From Vulcanimicrobiota bacterium (GTDB taxonomy: Bacteria > Vulcanimicrobiota > Vulcanimicrobiia > Vulcanimicrobiales > Vulcanimicrobiaceae), in contig CAVTCS010000003.1 in assembly GCA_963733295.1 (NCBI GenBank), positions 2,272,001 through 2,336,000 of the forward strand: DNA of 64,000 nt, in the 5' to 3' direction. A program made the translations under genes and the position numbers. Positions 1 to 9,667 of this stretch are shown here, piece by piece (the stretch's first letter is position 1; the number at the start of each line of letters is the position of its first letter). The notes beneath the pieces are model-generated. The model was given only the letters and a program-made list of their open reading frames with translations, had not been told where the DNA came from and ran no database searches.

Positions 1-5
1 GCGTC

Positions 6-1982
6 TTGATCGCCGGTCCGAGCGGAGATCGCCTCCTCTGGTCTTTCCCCGTACTCGGCCCCCTGGCGATCGGTACGACGCGCTTAGCAGCGCTCTTCAC
101 CTGCAGTGCCTCTTTGGTCTACGTCCCGACGTCGCTCTATACGGCTCGCTATTTAGAGCGCTATCAGCACGAGTACTCGATGCGCGCTTTTGCTTGCTGG
201 TACAGCGTGCTGCTGGCAGCAATTATCGGGCTCTTCATTTGCCGAGACGTGGCGTCGTTCTTCATTGCATGGGAGATCGTCGCGATCGCGAGCGCAGCAC
301 TGGTTGCGTATGAGTGGCGCCGATCGGACAATGCCCGCGCTGCCTTCGTCATGCTGGCGATGAGCGAAGCGGGAACGGTAGCGGCGATCGTCGCCGTCTT
401 GCTGGCGCGCAGCGGCTCCGGCTCGCTGCTCTTCGGCGCGCCGAGTCCCGCGCTGACGGCGCCGCTGACGTGGTCCGTCTTTCTGTTGTCGTTCTTCGGC
501 TTTGGAGTAAAGGCCGGCTTGTTGCCGGTGAACTCTTGGCTGCCACGCGCGCACCCGATCGCACCCGGCAACGTCTCGGCGCTGCTCTCGGGAGTCATTT
601 TGAACCTCGGCGTTTACGGAATCGTGCTCGTGAACATGGAAATGGTTCCAGTCCGCTTTGCGGCCGAGGGAGTCGTGGTATTGATTGTCGGCGCTTCTTC
701 AGCATTGATCGGCATACTCTACGCCACGATCGAAGACGATCTCAAGACGATGCTGGCCTACAGTTCGGTTGAGAATCTTGGGATCGCGCTGACGGCCCTC
801 GGGGCCAGTTTTGTCTTCATCGCTGAGGATAAGCCGCTCTTCGCAGCGATCGGGTTTGCCGCGGGCATCTATCACGTGGCAAACCACTCCGCGTACAAGG
901 CCCTGCTCTTCCTTGGAGCCGCCACCATCGACATGAAATTGGGTGGCCGTTCCATGAATCGCCTCGGCGGAGTGATCCGCGTCCTGCCTGTCACCGGCTC
1001 GCTCTTTCTTGTGGGGGTTCTTTCGATCGCCGCGATTCCGCCGCTCAACGGTTTCGCCAGCGAATGGTTGACGTTCCAAGCGCTTCTGCGAAGCGCGGAA
1101 CTCTCTCCGACGGCGCTACGCGTCGCCTTCGCGCTGTGCGGCGCGGCGCTCGCGCTCACGGCGGCCCTAGCGGTGACGTGTTTCGTTAAGGCCTTCGGCA
1201 TGACGTTTCTCGGCAGTGCGCGAACGGCGCTGCCGAAGGTGACCGAAGCGCCGTTCGCGATGCGGCTTGGAATGACGCTACTCGCGCTCGAGTGCGTGCT
1301 CTTGGGAGTTCTGCCGACTTACGTGCTTGCCGCGATCGGCCATGGCGGCGCCGATATCCTCGGACAGAGCGCAGTGAGCGCCGCTCTCGTACCGCCATTT
1401 TTCAAGCCGGCTGAGGGCCCGAGCCCGCTGCCTGCGGATTTCCTCGCAACCTTTCACGCGCTCGGCGCTCAGATCGGCGCGGGACTACCGGGGCGTGGAC
1501 TCGTCGTGATGCTTCGCGGCGGAACCGCAAATCCGGTTGTGTTTGCGATGTCGACGACGTACCTCGCGCTGATCATCGCGGTGTTTGTCGGCGCGGCGTA
1601 CTGCGTGGTCCGTTTCGTTACCCGCGCCAGGCTGGCCCTGCGAATGCCACTCTGGAGCGGTGGATTGCAACCCCTGCTGCCCGAGATGACCTACACGGCA
1701 ACGGGCTTTTCGAATCCGGTTCGCGTCATTTTCGATGCGATCTTCAATCCCGTCGAGCTCGAGAACGAGCGGGAAACGGTCAACGAGCATTTCCGTTCGG
1801 CAATTCGACGCAAGCGCGAAGACGTGTTTCTTGCCGACCGCTTCTTTAGCGCTCCCCTGACGGCGGCCGTCCAACGTGCGGCGTTCTTGCTCGCCAGAAT
1901 GCACCAAGGCCGGCTTTCCGCGTACGTCGCCTATGCGCTCGCGACTCTCGTTGTAGCGCTCGCTCTTGCAATGTTGACGTGA
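6..1982 (+). CDS. hyfB: Hydrogenase-4 component B-like (HyfB/NuoL/MrpA-type) proton-conducting membrane subunit; probably 5'-truncated by window edge
   Basis: Multi-TM; FFIAWE, GFGVKAGLLP..WLPRAHPIAP, LAYSSVENLG, PPLNGFASEW, CFVKAFG, YTATGFSNP motifs. Confidence 0.8.
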   Translation: MIAGPSGDRLLWSFPVLGPLAIGTTRLAALFTCSASLVYVPTSLYTARYLERYQHEYSMRAFACWYSVLLAAIIGLFICRDVASFFIAWEIVAIASAALVAYEWRRSDNARAAFVMLAMSEAGTVAAIVAVLLARSGSGSLLFGAPSPALTAPLTWSVFLLSFFGFGVKAGLLPVNSWLPRAHPIAPGNVSALLSGVILNLGVYGIVLVNMEMVPVRFAAEGVVVLIVGASSALIGILYATIEDDLKTMLAYSSVENLGIALTALGASFVFIAEDKPLFAAIGFAAGIYHVANHSAYKALLFLGAATIDMKLGGRSMNRLGGVIRVLPVTGSLFLVGVLSIAAIPPLNGFASEWLTFQALLRSAELSPTALRVAFALCGAALALTAALAVTCFVKAFGMTFLGSARTALPKVTEAPFAMRLGMTLLALECVLLGVLPTYVLAAIGHGGADILGQSAVSAALVPPFFKPAEGPSPLPADFLATFHALGAQIGAGLPGRGLVVMLRGGTANPVVFAMSTTYLALIIAVFVGAAYCVVRFVTRARLALRMPLWSGGLQPLLPEMTYTATGFSNPVRVIFDAIFNPVELENERETVNEHFRSAIRRKREDVFLADRFFSAPLTAAVQRAAFLLARMHQGRLSAYVAYALATLVVALALAMLT

Positions 1983-2232
1983 GCACGTGCTTGAATGGCA
2001 GCATCGCGTATAGTGCGCGGAACCGCTTGGAACTATCCTAGACCGTCGATGCGGTCTCCGGTATAACCCTCAAGCGGTTCCTTCTGGGCAAGTGAGCGAA
2101 GAACACTCCGCGATACGCATTTCAGCGCTCACGAGAGACGGGCGGCCCTCCTCGGGATCGCGGCAACGCCCTCGTGCTGCAGCAAAGGGCGGCGCTAGAG
2201 GCGCACGCCGCTTGGGCGTTCTAGTCACCGGG

Positions 2233-3198
2233 GTGATTCTCGCCACGATCGCCCCGGACGACTACGTGCGGGAAGTCTTGCCCGGAACGCACGGGATGTG
2301 GGGTGGAAAGCGTAATTTCGAAAGCTACGCCGACGATTTCCGCGCGATGGCCGGCTCCGCGTATCTCAAGCGGCGGCGCTTCACGGTCGGCCTGCGCATG
2401 GACGGGCGCCTCGTCAGTTCGTGCAAGCTGTACGATCGCGAGATTCGCTGGGGACAAAAGACGTTGCGCGCGACCGGAATCGGCGCGGTATATACGCCGG
2501 AGAACTTGCGCGGACGCGGTTACGCGAGCGCGATGCTCGGTGCCTTACTCGACGACGAACGCGCCGCGGGCCGCGACCTCGCTTTCTTGTTTTCGGATAT
2601 TCACCCGGTTTTCTACGAACGGCTCGGCTTCGTCGCACTTCCCTCGCGCGTGATCACGGTGCGCGCGACCTCGCTCGACGGCTCGCCGGCAGGCGGCGTT
2701 CCGCTCGAGTCCTCCGATTGGGCGGCAATCCGGCGTTGCTTCGATGCGCTCGAAAGCGGACGGGCGTGGAGCTTCAAACGAACTCCGCTCGTCTGGGATT
2801 GGATGCGCGGCATGTGGTCGCGCCCCGTCGACGCCCCAACGCAGCGCGTACAGCTCGTCGTTCGCCGCAGCCGCAGCTTGATCGCCTACGCGCTGGGCCG
2901 GCGGATACCCGGCAAAGACACGTTCGTCGTTGACGACTTCGCATTCGAAGGCGCAGCCGGGCGCGCCGTGCTGCCGGCATTGCTGCGCTCGGCGGCAGGC
3001 GATCTGCGCCGCGTCGGCGGTTGGTTGCCGCCGCCCCTCGCACGCGAAGCGCTGCCGCGCGGTTCGGTTCGGCCGCGCAAAGACGCAATCTTCATGCTCG
3101 CGCCGCTTTCCTCGCTCGCGCGTTCGTGGTGGATCGCAAACCGGGCGGAGGTCGCGAACGGCGCCGCCGACGCGTGCTGGAGCGCCGATCACATATGA
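2233..3198 (+). CDS. GNAT family (Eis-like) acetyltransferase
   Basis: GIGAVYT..RGRGYAS acetyl-CoA motif and FYERLGF; GTG 2233 chosen over the ORF-track start at 2092. Confidence 0.75.
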   Translation: MILATIAPDDYVREVLPGTHGMWGGKRNFESYADDFRAMAGSAYLKRRRFTVGLRMDGRLVSSCKLYDREIRWGQKTLRATGIGAVYTPENLRGRGYASAMLGALLDDERAAGRDLAFLFSDIHPVFYERLGFVALPSRVITVRATSLDGSPAGGVPLESSDWAAIRRCFDALESGRAWSFKRTPLVWDWMRGMWSRPVDAPTQRVQLVVRRSRSLIAYALGRRIPGKDTFVVDDFAFEGAAGRAVLPALLRSAAGDLRRVGGWLPPPLAREALPRGSVRPRKDAIFMLAPLSSLARSWWIANRAEVANGAADACWSADHI

Positions 3199-3797
3199 GC
3201 CGCGAATTGCGCTTCGTGCTAATCTTGTTCGCTTCGATTTTCGGAGTGTGCATCGTCGCGGGGATCGCGGCGGTCTTCTTCCTCGGCAGCACGGTCGCGC
3301 ACATCGAACAATCGTCCACGCCGGATTCGCGCAGACGTATCGCGGAAAAGATCGCTCCGGTTCCGAAGGGCTATCGCGTCGCGTCCGCGACCGAAATCCT
3401 GTTCACGCGGAATGCGACGTTGAAATCCGCGGATAACGGCATGAGCATCATGTTGCAGAGCAATTCGATTCCGGGCGCGACCGTCCCGAACGCAAACGAA
3501 AACGCGCTTCCGCGAGAGGCTTTTCACAAGACCATGCAGCTGATGCTCGGACGCATGTGCCCCAAGCCCGTCCCCGCTGCCACCGAGCGCATTTTGGTGA
3601 AGAATCGTACGATCCTATTGGACGTCTTCGAATGCCCGGAAGGCCGCATTCCCTTCAAATCGGAGTACGGGCAATTCCAGGGACGCTCCGGGCCGGCGAC
3701 GATTACCGCTATCGGCACTCCGGCGAACTGGGACGCCGAAGCGGTGCGGGAGGTTCTCGGCGCCGCGCCCTCGGGCGAAGCGGAAGTACGGCGGTAG
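3195..3797 (+). CDS. Hypothetical membrane-anchored protein
   Basis: ATGA overlap with the upstream stop; N-terminal hydrophobic helix. Confidence 0.65.
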   Translation: MSRELRFVLILFASIFGVCIVAGIAAVFFLGSTVAHIEQSSTPDSRRRIAEKIAPVPKGYRVASATEILFTRNATLKSADNGMSIMLQSNSIPGATVPNANENALPREAFHKTMQLMLGRMCPKPVPAATERILVKNRTILLDVFECPEGRIPFKSEYGQFQGRSGPATITAIGTPANWDAEAVREVLGAAPSGEAEVRR

Positions 3798-3819
3798 CGG
3801 CGGGGCGAACGGAGGCCGC

Positions 3820-4416
3820 ATGGCAGAGAGCGACCGTCGACGACTCTTGGAGCGCGCCCTTGCGCTTCCGACCGCAAGCCCGGCGGATTTCGCCGGCGGA
3901 CGGCGACCCCCGTCCGACGCACTTCCGGAGCACCTCAAGCGCATCAACGACACCGCGCTACGCACCAAGCTCGTCGAAACGCACATCGCCCAGGGCTTGC
4001 AGTCGCCCAAGGGCCCGCAGAAAATCGCGTCGATCGTGCGCATCTATCCGGCGTTCGACGCACCTCCGCGGGTCGCCGGAAATGGACGCAAAAACGCGCG
4101 CCCGGCGGCGCGCGCGCCGCGGCGAGGTCTGCCGACCGTCGAGGAGATGGAACGCCTAATCGCGCGGATCCGCGAGGCCGAGCGCGAGGTTGCGGGCGAG
4201 CTCGCTCAGCGCGTCGACGAGCGAATCGCGATCTTAAAGCGGAGCATCGCCGCGAGCTCCGGCGAAGAACTCGAGCGCGCCTATGCCGAACTTGGAACGG
4301 CGCTCGCCGAGCGCCGGGAACTCGCCGCGCACGTACGCGGTGAGGCTTTCCGCCGGATCGAGAGCGACGGGAAGGTCAGCGGCCGCGTCCATCTCCGTCT
4401 GCTCGATCGAGGCTAG
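3820..4416 (+). CDS. Hypothetical protein with helical/coiled-coil C-terminal half
   Basis: GGAGG SD before ATG; natural composition; no family recognised. Confidence 0.6.
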   Translation: MAESDRRRLLERALALPTASPADFAGGRRPPSDALPEHLKRINDTALRTKLVETHIAQGLQSPKGPQKIASIVRIYPAFDAPPRVAGNGRKNARPAARAPRRGLPTVEEMERLIARIREAEREVAGELAQRVDERIAILKRSIAASSGEELERAYAELGTALAERRELAAHVRGEAFRRIESDGKVSGRVHLRLLDRG

Positions 4417-5461
4417 CCGGCGCGAATAGGGACATTTCGCGAGCGGGCTCTTCGGTGATCGAGGCGACGCGCACGCCGAGGAGCCGCACGGCGGCGCCGG
4501 CCAGCTCCGCGCGATCCAGACACCGCAGCGCCGCCGCGTAAATCGTCGCGGCGTCGTCGGTCGGAACCGCGACGGTCGTTTGGCGCACCAGCGTCGTGCG
4601 ATCGGCGCGGCGAATTTTGATCCCGATCGTGGAGCCGCGCAGCGCGTGCGCTGCCAGCCGCCGGGCGACGTCGTCGGAGAGCTCCTGCAAAGCCGCGTTC
4701 AGCTCCGCACCCACGCGCAGGTCGAATTCGAACGTCTCCTCCGCCGAGACGGATCGCGTTTCACGATCGGATTCGACGATGCGGGTGTCGTTGCCGCGTG
4801 CCAATTCGCGCACGAACCTGCCGCCGCGTCCGAACAGACGGAACGCGCGCTCGTCGCTTAGTTCCGCCAGCTCGCGAATGGTCGTGATGTTTTCCGCGGC
4901 GAGCCGAGCTTGCGTCTTCGGCCCGATGCCCCACAGTCTCCCGACCGGCATCGGTGCGAGGTACTCGGCTTCGGTTCCGGGCGGTACCGAGCGAAGTCCG
5001 TCGGGCTTCGCCGCTTCCGATGCGATCTTCGCGACCATCTTCTGCGCCGAGACGCCGGCGCTCACCGTCAGGCCCACTTCGCCGCGCACGCAGAGGCGGA
5101 CGTCTTCCGCATACGCGATCGCCGTGGCCAGATCGTCGCAATCGAACGCGACGAACGCCTCGTCGAGCGAAAGTCCCTCGACCGCGGTCGCATGTCGCGC
5201 GAAAATTTCGAAGACCGCACTCGACAGTTCGCGATAACGCGTGAAATTCGGCGGTACGACGACGAGCTGCGGACAAAGCTCCCGCGCGCGGTAGAGCGGC
5301 ATCGCCGAGCGGACTCCGAACGGTCGCGCTTCGTAGGAAGCGGTGAGCACGACCGCGCGACGGCTGCTCCCGGCAACGGCGAGCGGGACTGCGCGCAACG
5401 ACGGATCGTCGCGCTGCGCGACGCTGGCGTAGAAAGCGTCGATGTCGAAGTGCGCGATCAC
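4376..5461 (-). CDS. dinB: DNA polymerase IV
   Basis: HFDIDAFYASV, ASYEARPFGVRSAMP, LSLDEAF, KPDG, LWGIGPKT; GTG start 5461. Confidence 0.93.
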   Translation of the reverse strand: MIAHFDIDAFYASVAQRDDPSLRAVPLAVAGSSRRAVVLTASYEARPFGVRSAMPLYRARELCPQLVVVPPNFTRYRELSSAVFEIFARHATAVEGLSLDEAFVAFDCDDLATAIAYAEDVRLCVRGEVGLTVSAGVSAQKMVAKIASEAAKPDGLRSVPPGTEAEYLAPMPVGRLWGIGPKTQARLAAENITTIRELAELSDERAFRLFGRGGRFVRELARGNDTRIVESDRETRSVSAEETFEFDLRVGAELNAALQELSDDVARRLAAHALRGSTIGIKIRRADRTTLVRQTTVAVPTDDAATIYAAALRCLDRAELAGAAVRLLGVRVASITEEPAREMSLFAPASLDRADGDGRGR

Positions 5462-5469
5462 TCCGGCCC

Positions 5470-6315
5470 TTACGTGAGCGCGCCCTCGAAGATGAGTCGA
5501 ACCGATTGCAGGTTGCGCGCGTCGTCCGAGGGTTCGCCCGGCGTCTCCAAAATCGCAGTCTTGCCGTGCAGCTCCGGGCGCGCCGCGAGCGCGCGAAAGC
5601 CGGCATAACCGATGTTGCCCTCGCCGATGTGCCAGTGCCGGTCCCGGTGCGCGCCCAGTGGAACTTGCGTGTCGTTGAAATGGAACATGTGCACCCTGTC
5701 GATCGAAACGGTCTGCTCGACGAGATCGATGAAAGCGTCGACGCCCTCCTGCGAGTCGATCTGATATCCGGCCGCCCACGAGTGGGCGGTGTCAAGGCAC
5801 ACGCCGAGTTGCGGGTGATCGACGGCCCGTAGGAAATCGCCCAGTTCCTCGAGCGTTCCCCCGCACAGCTGGCCCGCGCCGGCGGAGTTCTCGAGAATGA
5901 GAAACACGCCGGGACGGATCTCGGCCAAAGCTTCCTCGAGCGCCGCGACGACCGCCGCAAAGCCTTCGGAACGCGGCCGGGTGCCGTACGAGCCCAGGTG
6001 CGTGTTGACGAATTTCACGTCGCCGAGCGCTGCGCCGGCGAGATCGTGTTTGAGCAGGCGCAACGAGCCTGCCACGATCTTCGGGTCGGCGCTCGCGAGG
6101 TTGATCAGGTACGACGTGTGGATGGCCGCCGGCCAGATGTCGGCCTGAGCGCGTAGATCGCGAAAGCGTTCGAGCGCCGCGGCATCGAGCGCGCCGGGCC
6201 GGTACGTCTTCGGGCTCCCGTGAAAGAATTGGATCGCGTGCGCGCCGTGCTCGCGCGCGTAAGCGACCGCGGCGTCGTAGCCGTTTTGAATCGGAACGTG
6301 CAAACCCAAACGCAT
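5470..6315 (-). CDS. nfo: Endonuclease IV (AP endonuclease family 2)
   Basis: HTSYLINLAS, LENSAG, CLDTAH, HFND, DRHWHIGEG, ILETP; TGATG overlap with the upstream gene. Confidence 0.92.
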   Translation of the reverse strand: MRLGLHVPIQNGYDAAVAYAREHGAHAIQFFHGSPKTYRPGALDAAALERFRDLRAQADIWPAAIHTSYLINLASADPKIVAGSLRLLKHDLAGAALGDVKFVNTHLGSYGTRPRSEGFAAVVAALEEALAEIRPGVFLILENSAGAGQLCGGTLEELGDFLRAVDHPQLGVCLDTAHSWAAGYQIDSQEGVDAFIDLVEQTVSIDRVHMFHFNDTQVPLGAHRDRHWHIGEGNIGYAGFRALAARPELHGKTAILETPGEPSDDARNLQSVRLIFEGALT

Positions 6316-7067
6316 CAAGACGCCGCCGCGTCGGGTACGCGAGCCAAGTAAAGGTAGTGCAAGTAGTTGAGCGAGAGCGTCGCTTGCGGATCGCCGAGCC
6401 TGCCGGCCAGCCGTTCGAGATACTCGTCCCGGAGTTCGCCGAAGGCGTCGCGCGCCCGCGCCCGCGAGCGCTCGTAGCCGATGTAGTCCGAGACTCGCAT
6501 TTGGACGAGCCACGGCACGACGCGCAAGCGCTTGTCGTCGAGTCGCGCTTTTGCGAAGCCCGGAAAACCTTGGGCGAGCAAATCGCGCGGCGGGTCGACG
6601 CCGAGTTCGCGCGCGATGTCTTCGCGGATGTGCCGAACCGGGTCGCCGCGCATCAGACCCTTCCACCAGACGGCCAGCGTGCCGCCGGGTCGCACCACGC
6701 GCGCGAGCTCCTCGAGGGCGCGCCTCTGGTCGAACCAGTGAAACGCTTGCGCGCACGTGGCCGCGTCGAAGGCGCAAGCTTCGAACGGCAAGTGCTCGGC
6801 GGTCGCGACGACGAATTTCGCTTGCGGAACGTGCGAACGGGCGTAGGCGAGCATCGGTTCGGATGGGTCGGCCCCGGTAACGAGGCAGCCCGCTGCGGAA
6901 AGCCGCGCGCTGACGATTCCGGTTCCGCAGCCGAGATCGAGCACGCGGCAATCCGGTTCGATCGCGTGGTCTCGCAGAAGTTCGTAGATTTCGTCAGCGT
7001 AACCGATGCGAAAACGCTGGTAGTAGTCGGCTAGATCGTCGAACGAGCCGTAGCTCGTGACTTTCAC
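6315..7067 (-). CDS. Class I SAM-dependent methyltransferase
   Basis: VLDLGCGTG, AQAFHWFD, RVVRPGG; GTGA overlap with the helicase stop. Confidence 0.88.
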   Translation of the reverse strand: MKVTSYGSFDDLADYYQRFRIGYADEIYELLRDHAIEPDCRVLDLGCGTGIVSARLSAAGCLVTGADPSEPMLAYARSHVPQAKFVVATAEHLPFEACAFDAATCAQAFHWFDQRRALEELARVVRPGGTLAVWWKGLMRGDPVRHIREDIARELGVDPPRDLLAQGFPGFAKARLDDKRLRVVPWLVQMRVSDYIGYERSRARARDAFGELRDEYLERLAGRLGDPQATLSLNYLHYLYLARVPDAAAS

Positions 7068-8314
7068 CGCCGGAAGCGCAGCGACCGCGAACGCATTCCG
7101 CGCGGCATGAAGCTCTGCGCGCGGCCGCGTCCCATCGCCCGGGAAGGGTTCTTTTCGAACGTCGTTTCGCTCACCAATACCGCATCGGAGGGACGTTCCC
7201 GCCGTCCGACCCGGCCGATGAGCTGCTCGACTTCGCTCTCGCCGAAAGCGTCGGCGTCGGTGATGACGATCAGGTCGGCGGCCGGAATGTCCAGACCGCT
7301 GCCGACCAGATTCGTCGCCGAGAGAATCGAGGGAACGCGTTCGGTGAACGCACGCATCTCCTCGACCCGCGTCGAGTCGCCGTAGACGCGAACGCCGCTC
7401 TTGCGGTGCCGCCGCTTGTGTTCCGCGCTGTCGGCCATGTCGCCGCGCAGCTGCTGAACGGGAATGCCGTAGGTCGTTTCGAGGCGCGCGGCCAGCTTCG
7501 GAACGTCGCCGCGCGTGCGCGCGATGACGAAGATGCGCGACTTGCGTTCGAGATGCTCGCGAATCAAGGCGTCGGCCCGCGCGAGCTGCTCCGCGGCCGG
7601 CTCGCCCCAGACGCCCGCGACCTTGTGCACCTTGGTGGGCAAGACGGCGAAGGGCATTGCGCGCATCGAGACGACCTTCGAAAACGCGCCCACGCGTTCG
7701 AGAAACGCACGCAGTTCGTTGGGCGTCGCCGAGGCGAAGAGCAGCGGACAGTCGAGATCCTCGAGCAACCGCAAATGCTCGCGTTCGTCGAAAGCGTTGA
7801 CGTCGTCGACCATCGTAAGGCAGCTCCGGTCGAGGATTTCCCACAACGGTTCGCTCGAGATCAGCATCGCGCTGCCGACGAGAAAGCGGATCTCACCGCT
7901 GGCCAAACCTTCGAGCATCGCACGCCGTTCGCCGGGTGAAATGCCGCCGTGGACCTCGCCCACGCCGAGTCCCGTACCTTCGAGCCGGTCGCGGAAATAG
8001 GTGCAATCCTGTCGCACGAGATCGCGCGTCGGCGCGACCAGGCAAACGTACCCGCCGGTGCGCAGCGCTTCGGCGACGGCGACGCGCAGCATCACCTCGG
8101 TTTTGCCGGACCCCGTCGGCGCTTTGAGCAGAAACTCGAAGTCGCCGCCGGCAAAGCCGCCGCCGATCGTCGCGATCGCATTCTGCTGATCGTCGGTGAG
8201 CGTGAACTGTTCGCCGGGTTGAATGAGTTCGTGGGAGAGCGCGACGGCCTGCGAGTTCTCCTCGATTTGATTCCAAATGGCGCGCGCCGCGCCGGTTAAC
8301 TCGGGTTGCTGAAT
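7064..8314 (-). CDS. SF2 helicase core, RecG-like, lacking the N-terminal wedge domain; probable ATT start
   Basis: Q-motif LTDDQ and Walker A APTGSGKT lie upstream of the ORF-track start; APTRDL, ASATP, ATNLVGSGLDIP, QLIGRVGR; start inferred. Confidence 0.75.
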   Translation of the reverse strand: MQQPELTGAARAIWNQIEENSQAVALSHELIQPGEQFTLTDDQQNAIATIGGGFAGGDFEFLLKAPTGSGKTEVMLRVAVAEALRTGGYVCLVAPTRDLVRQDCTYFRDRLEGTGLGVGEVHGGISPGERRAMLEGLASGEIRFLVGSAMLISSEPLWEILDRSCLTMVDDVNAFDEREHLRLLEDLDCPLLFASATPNELRAFLERVGAFSKVVSMRAMPFAVLPTKVHKVAGVWGEPAAEQLARADALIREHLERKSRIFVIARTRGDVPKLAARLETTYGIPVQQLRGDMADSAEHKRRHRKSGVRVYGDSTRVEEMRAFTERVPSILSATNLVGSGLDIPAADLIVITDADAFGESEVEQLIGRVGRRERPSDAVLVSETTFEKNPSRAMGRGRAQSFMPRGMRSRSLRFRR

Positions 8315-8913
8315 ACTGGTTCCTCTCTCTGTTTTCCGGTGTTGTCGCTCGCTGCGACCGGTTCGGTCGCGATTAGCGGCAACTCCAAGCTCGCCGCCTC
8401 GAGGTCGACCGGCGGCAGCTCGTCAACCGAGCGCAGTCCGAACGATTCGAGAAATTCCGGTGTAGTTCTGTATTCGGCCGGCCGGCCTGGAACGTCGCGC
8501 CGGCCGGCCTCGAAAATAAAGCGGCGGTCGACCAAAGTCGAGACGACGCTCTCGACGTTGACGCCGCGCACCGCTTCGATCTCGGCTTTGGTCACGGGCT
8601 GCAGGTACGCGACGATCGCGAGCGTCTCGAGGGCGGGCGCCGACAAATTTGTTTTGGCGGGAAGCAAGTACGCTTCTACGACCTCACGCGCCGCGGGCGA
8701 ACTCGCGAAGCGGTACCCGCCCGCGATCTCGCGCAGGACGATGCCCCGTTCGGCGTATTCTTCGGCCAGCGTCTGCAGCGTGGAGGCAACTTCCACGTGG
8801 GTCGCCCCCGTCAGTTTGGCAAGCGTGCCGATCGAAAGCGCCTCGCTGGCTACGAACAAAAGCGCCTCGATGAAGCGCTTTAGTTCGCCGGTTTCGATCA
8901 ACTCAGTTTGCAT
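8296..8913 (-). CDS. scpB: SMC-Scp complex subunit ScpB
   Basis: IEALLF, AGGYRF, LSAPALETLAIVAY.QPVT..IE..RGV, GRP..Y.TT..FL..FGL. Confidence 0.95.
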   Translation of the reverse strand: MQTELIETGELKRFIEALLFVASEALSIGTLAKLTGATHVEVASTLQTLAEEYAERGIVLREIAGGYRFASSPAAREVVEAYLLPAKTNLSAPALETLAIVAYLQPVTKAEIEAVRGVNVESVVSTLVDRRFIFEAGRRDVPGRPAEYRTTPEFLESFGLRSVDELPPVDLEAASLELPLIATEPVAASDNTGKQREEPVFSNPS

Positions 8914-9667
8914 AGATTCCTGTTGGTTCGAGGGGGAGGAGCCGGAGTGATTCCCGCGGGTCGGCCTGGGCAAAGTCCAGGCGCCGCTGCCGGATCAACT
9001 CCAGAATCGCCAGGAACGTGGCAATGATCCCGCTCCGGTCCAGGCCGCGGCACAGGTCCAGAAAATCGATCGTGCCGTGCTCGCGGACCGTCCGGGTGAC
9101 GAATTCCATCTGCCGGGCGATGGAGAAACGCTCGCGGGCGATCGAACGTCGCTCGGGCCTGGCCGCCCGCATCGCGGCTTGCAGAGCCGCCGCCAGGCGC
9201 TCCGGCAGGATCCGGTAGCGCTGGACGAATTCGCTCGAAGGGTCGCCCCCCTCGCGGAAAAAGAAGGCCTCCGCCTGCTCGCGGCGGGCCCTCAGATCTT
9301 CCGCGACGTTCTTGTACTTGGAATAGGCGATCAGCCGGCGCCGCAGGCGCTCTTCGACCTCCTCGGCCGTCTCTTCGCCTTCAGCCAGGAACTCAGCGGG
9401 CACGGGGGGCAGCAAGGCGCGCGACTTCAGGAAGACGAGGGTCGCGGCGACCACCAGATATTCGGCGGCCAACTCGAGGTCGAGCGCGTGCATGACCGCG
9501 ATGTAGTCGAAGTACTGCTGGGCGACGCTCGCCAAGGGGACCGTCGCGATATCCAGCTGGTGCTCCCGGACGAGGTGCAGCAGCAAATCGAGCGGGCCGT
9601 CGAAGACGTCGAGCGAGACCCGCAGGGTGCGCCCCTCGTCCTGTCCGGGATCCGGAAGACCGCTCAG
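8903..9667 (-). CDS. scpA: Segregation/condensation protein A (kleisin); probable CTG start
   Basis: FDGPLDLLLHLV, EYLVVAATL..LKSR.LLP, FLAILEL; CTGA overlap with the NUDIX stop. Confidence 0.9.
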   Translation of the reverse strand: MSGLPDPGQDEGRTLRVSLDVFDGPLDLLLHLVREHQLDIATVPLASVAQQYFDYIAVMHALDLELAAEYLVVAATLVFLKSRALLPPVPAEFLAEGEETAEEVEERLRRRLIAYSKYKNVAEDLRARREQAEAFFFREGGDPSSEFVQRYRILPERLAAALQAAMRAARPERRSIARERFSIARQMEFVTRTVREHGTIDFLDLCRGLDRSGIIATFLAILELIRQRRLDFAQADPRESLRLLPLEPTGIYAN

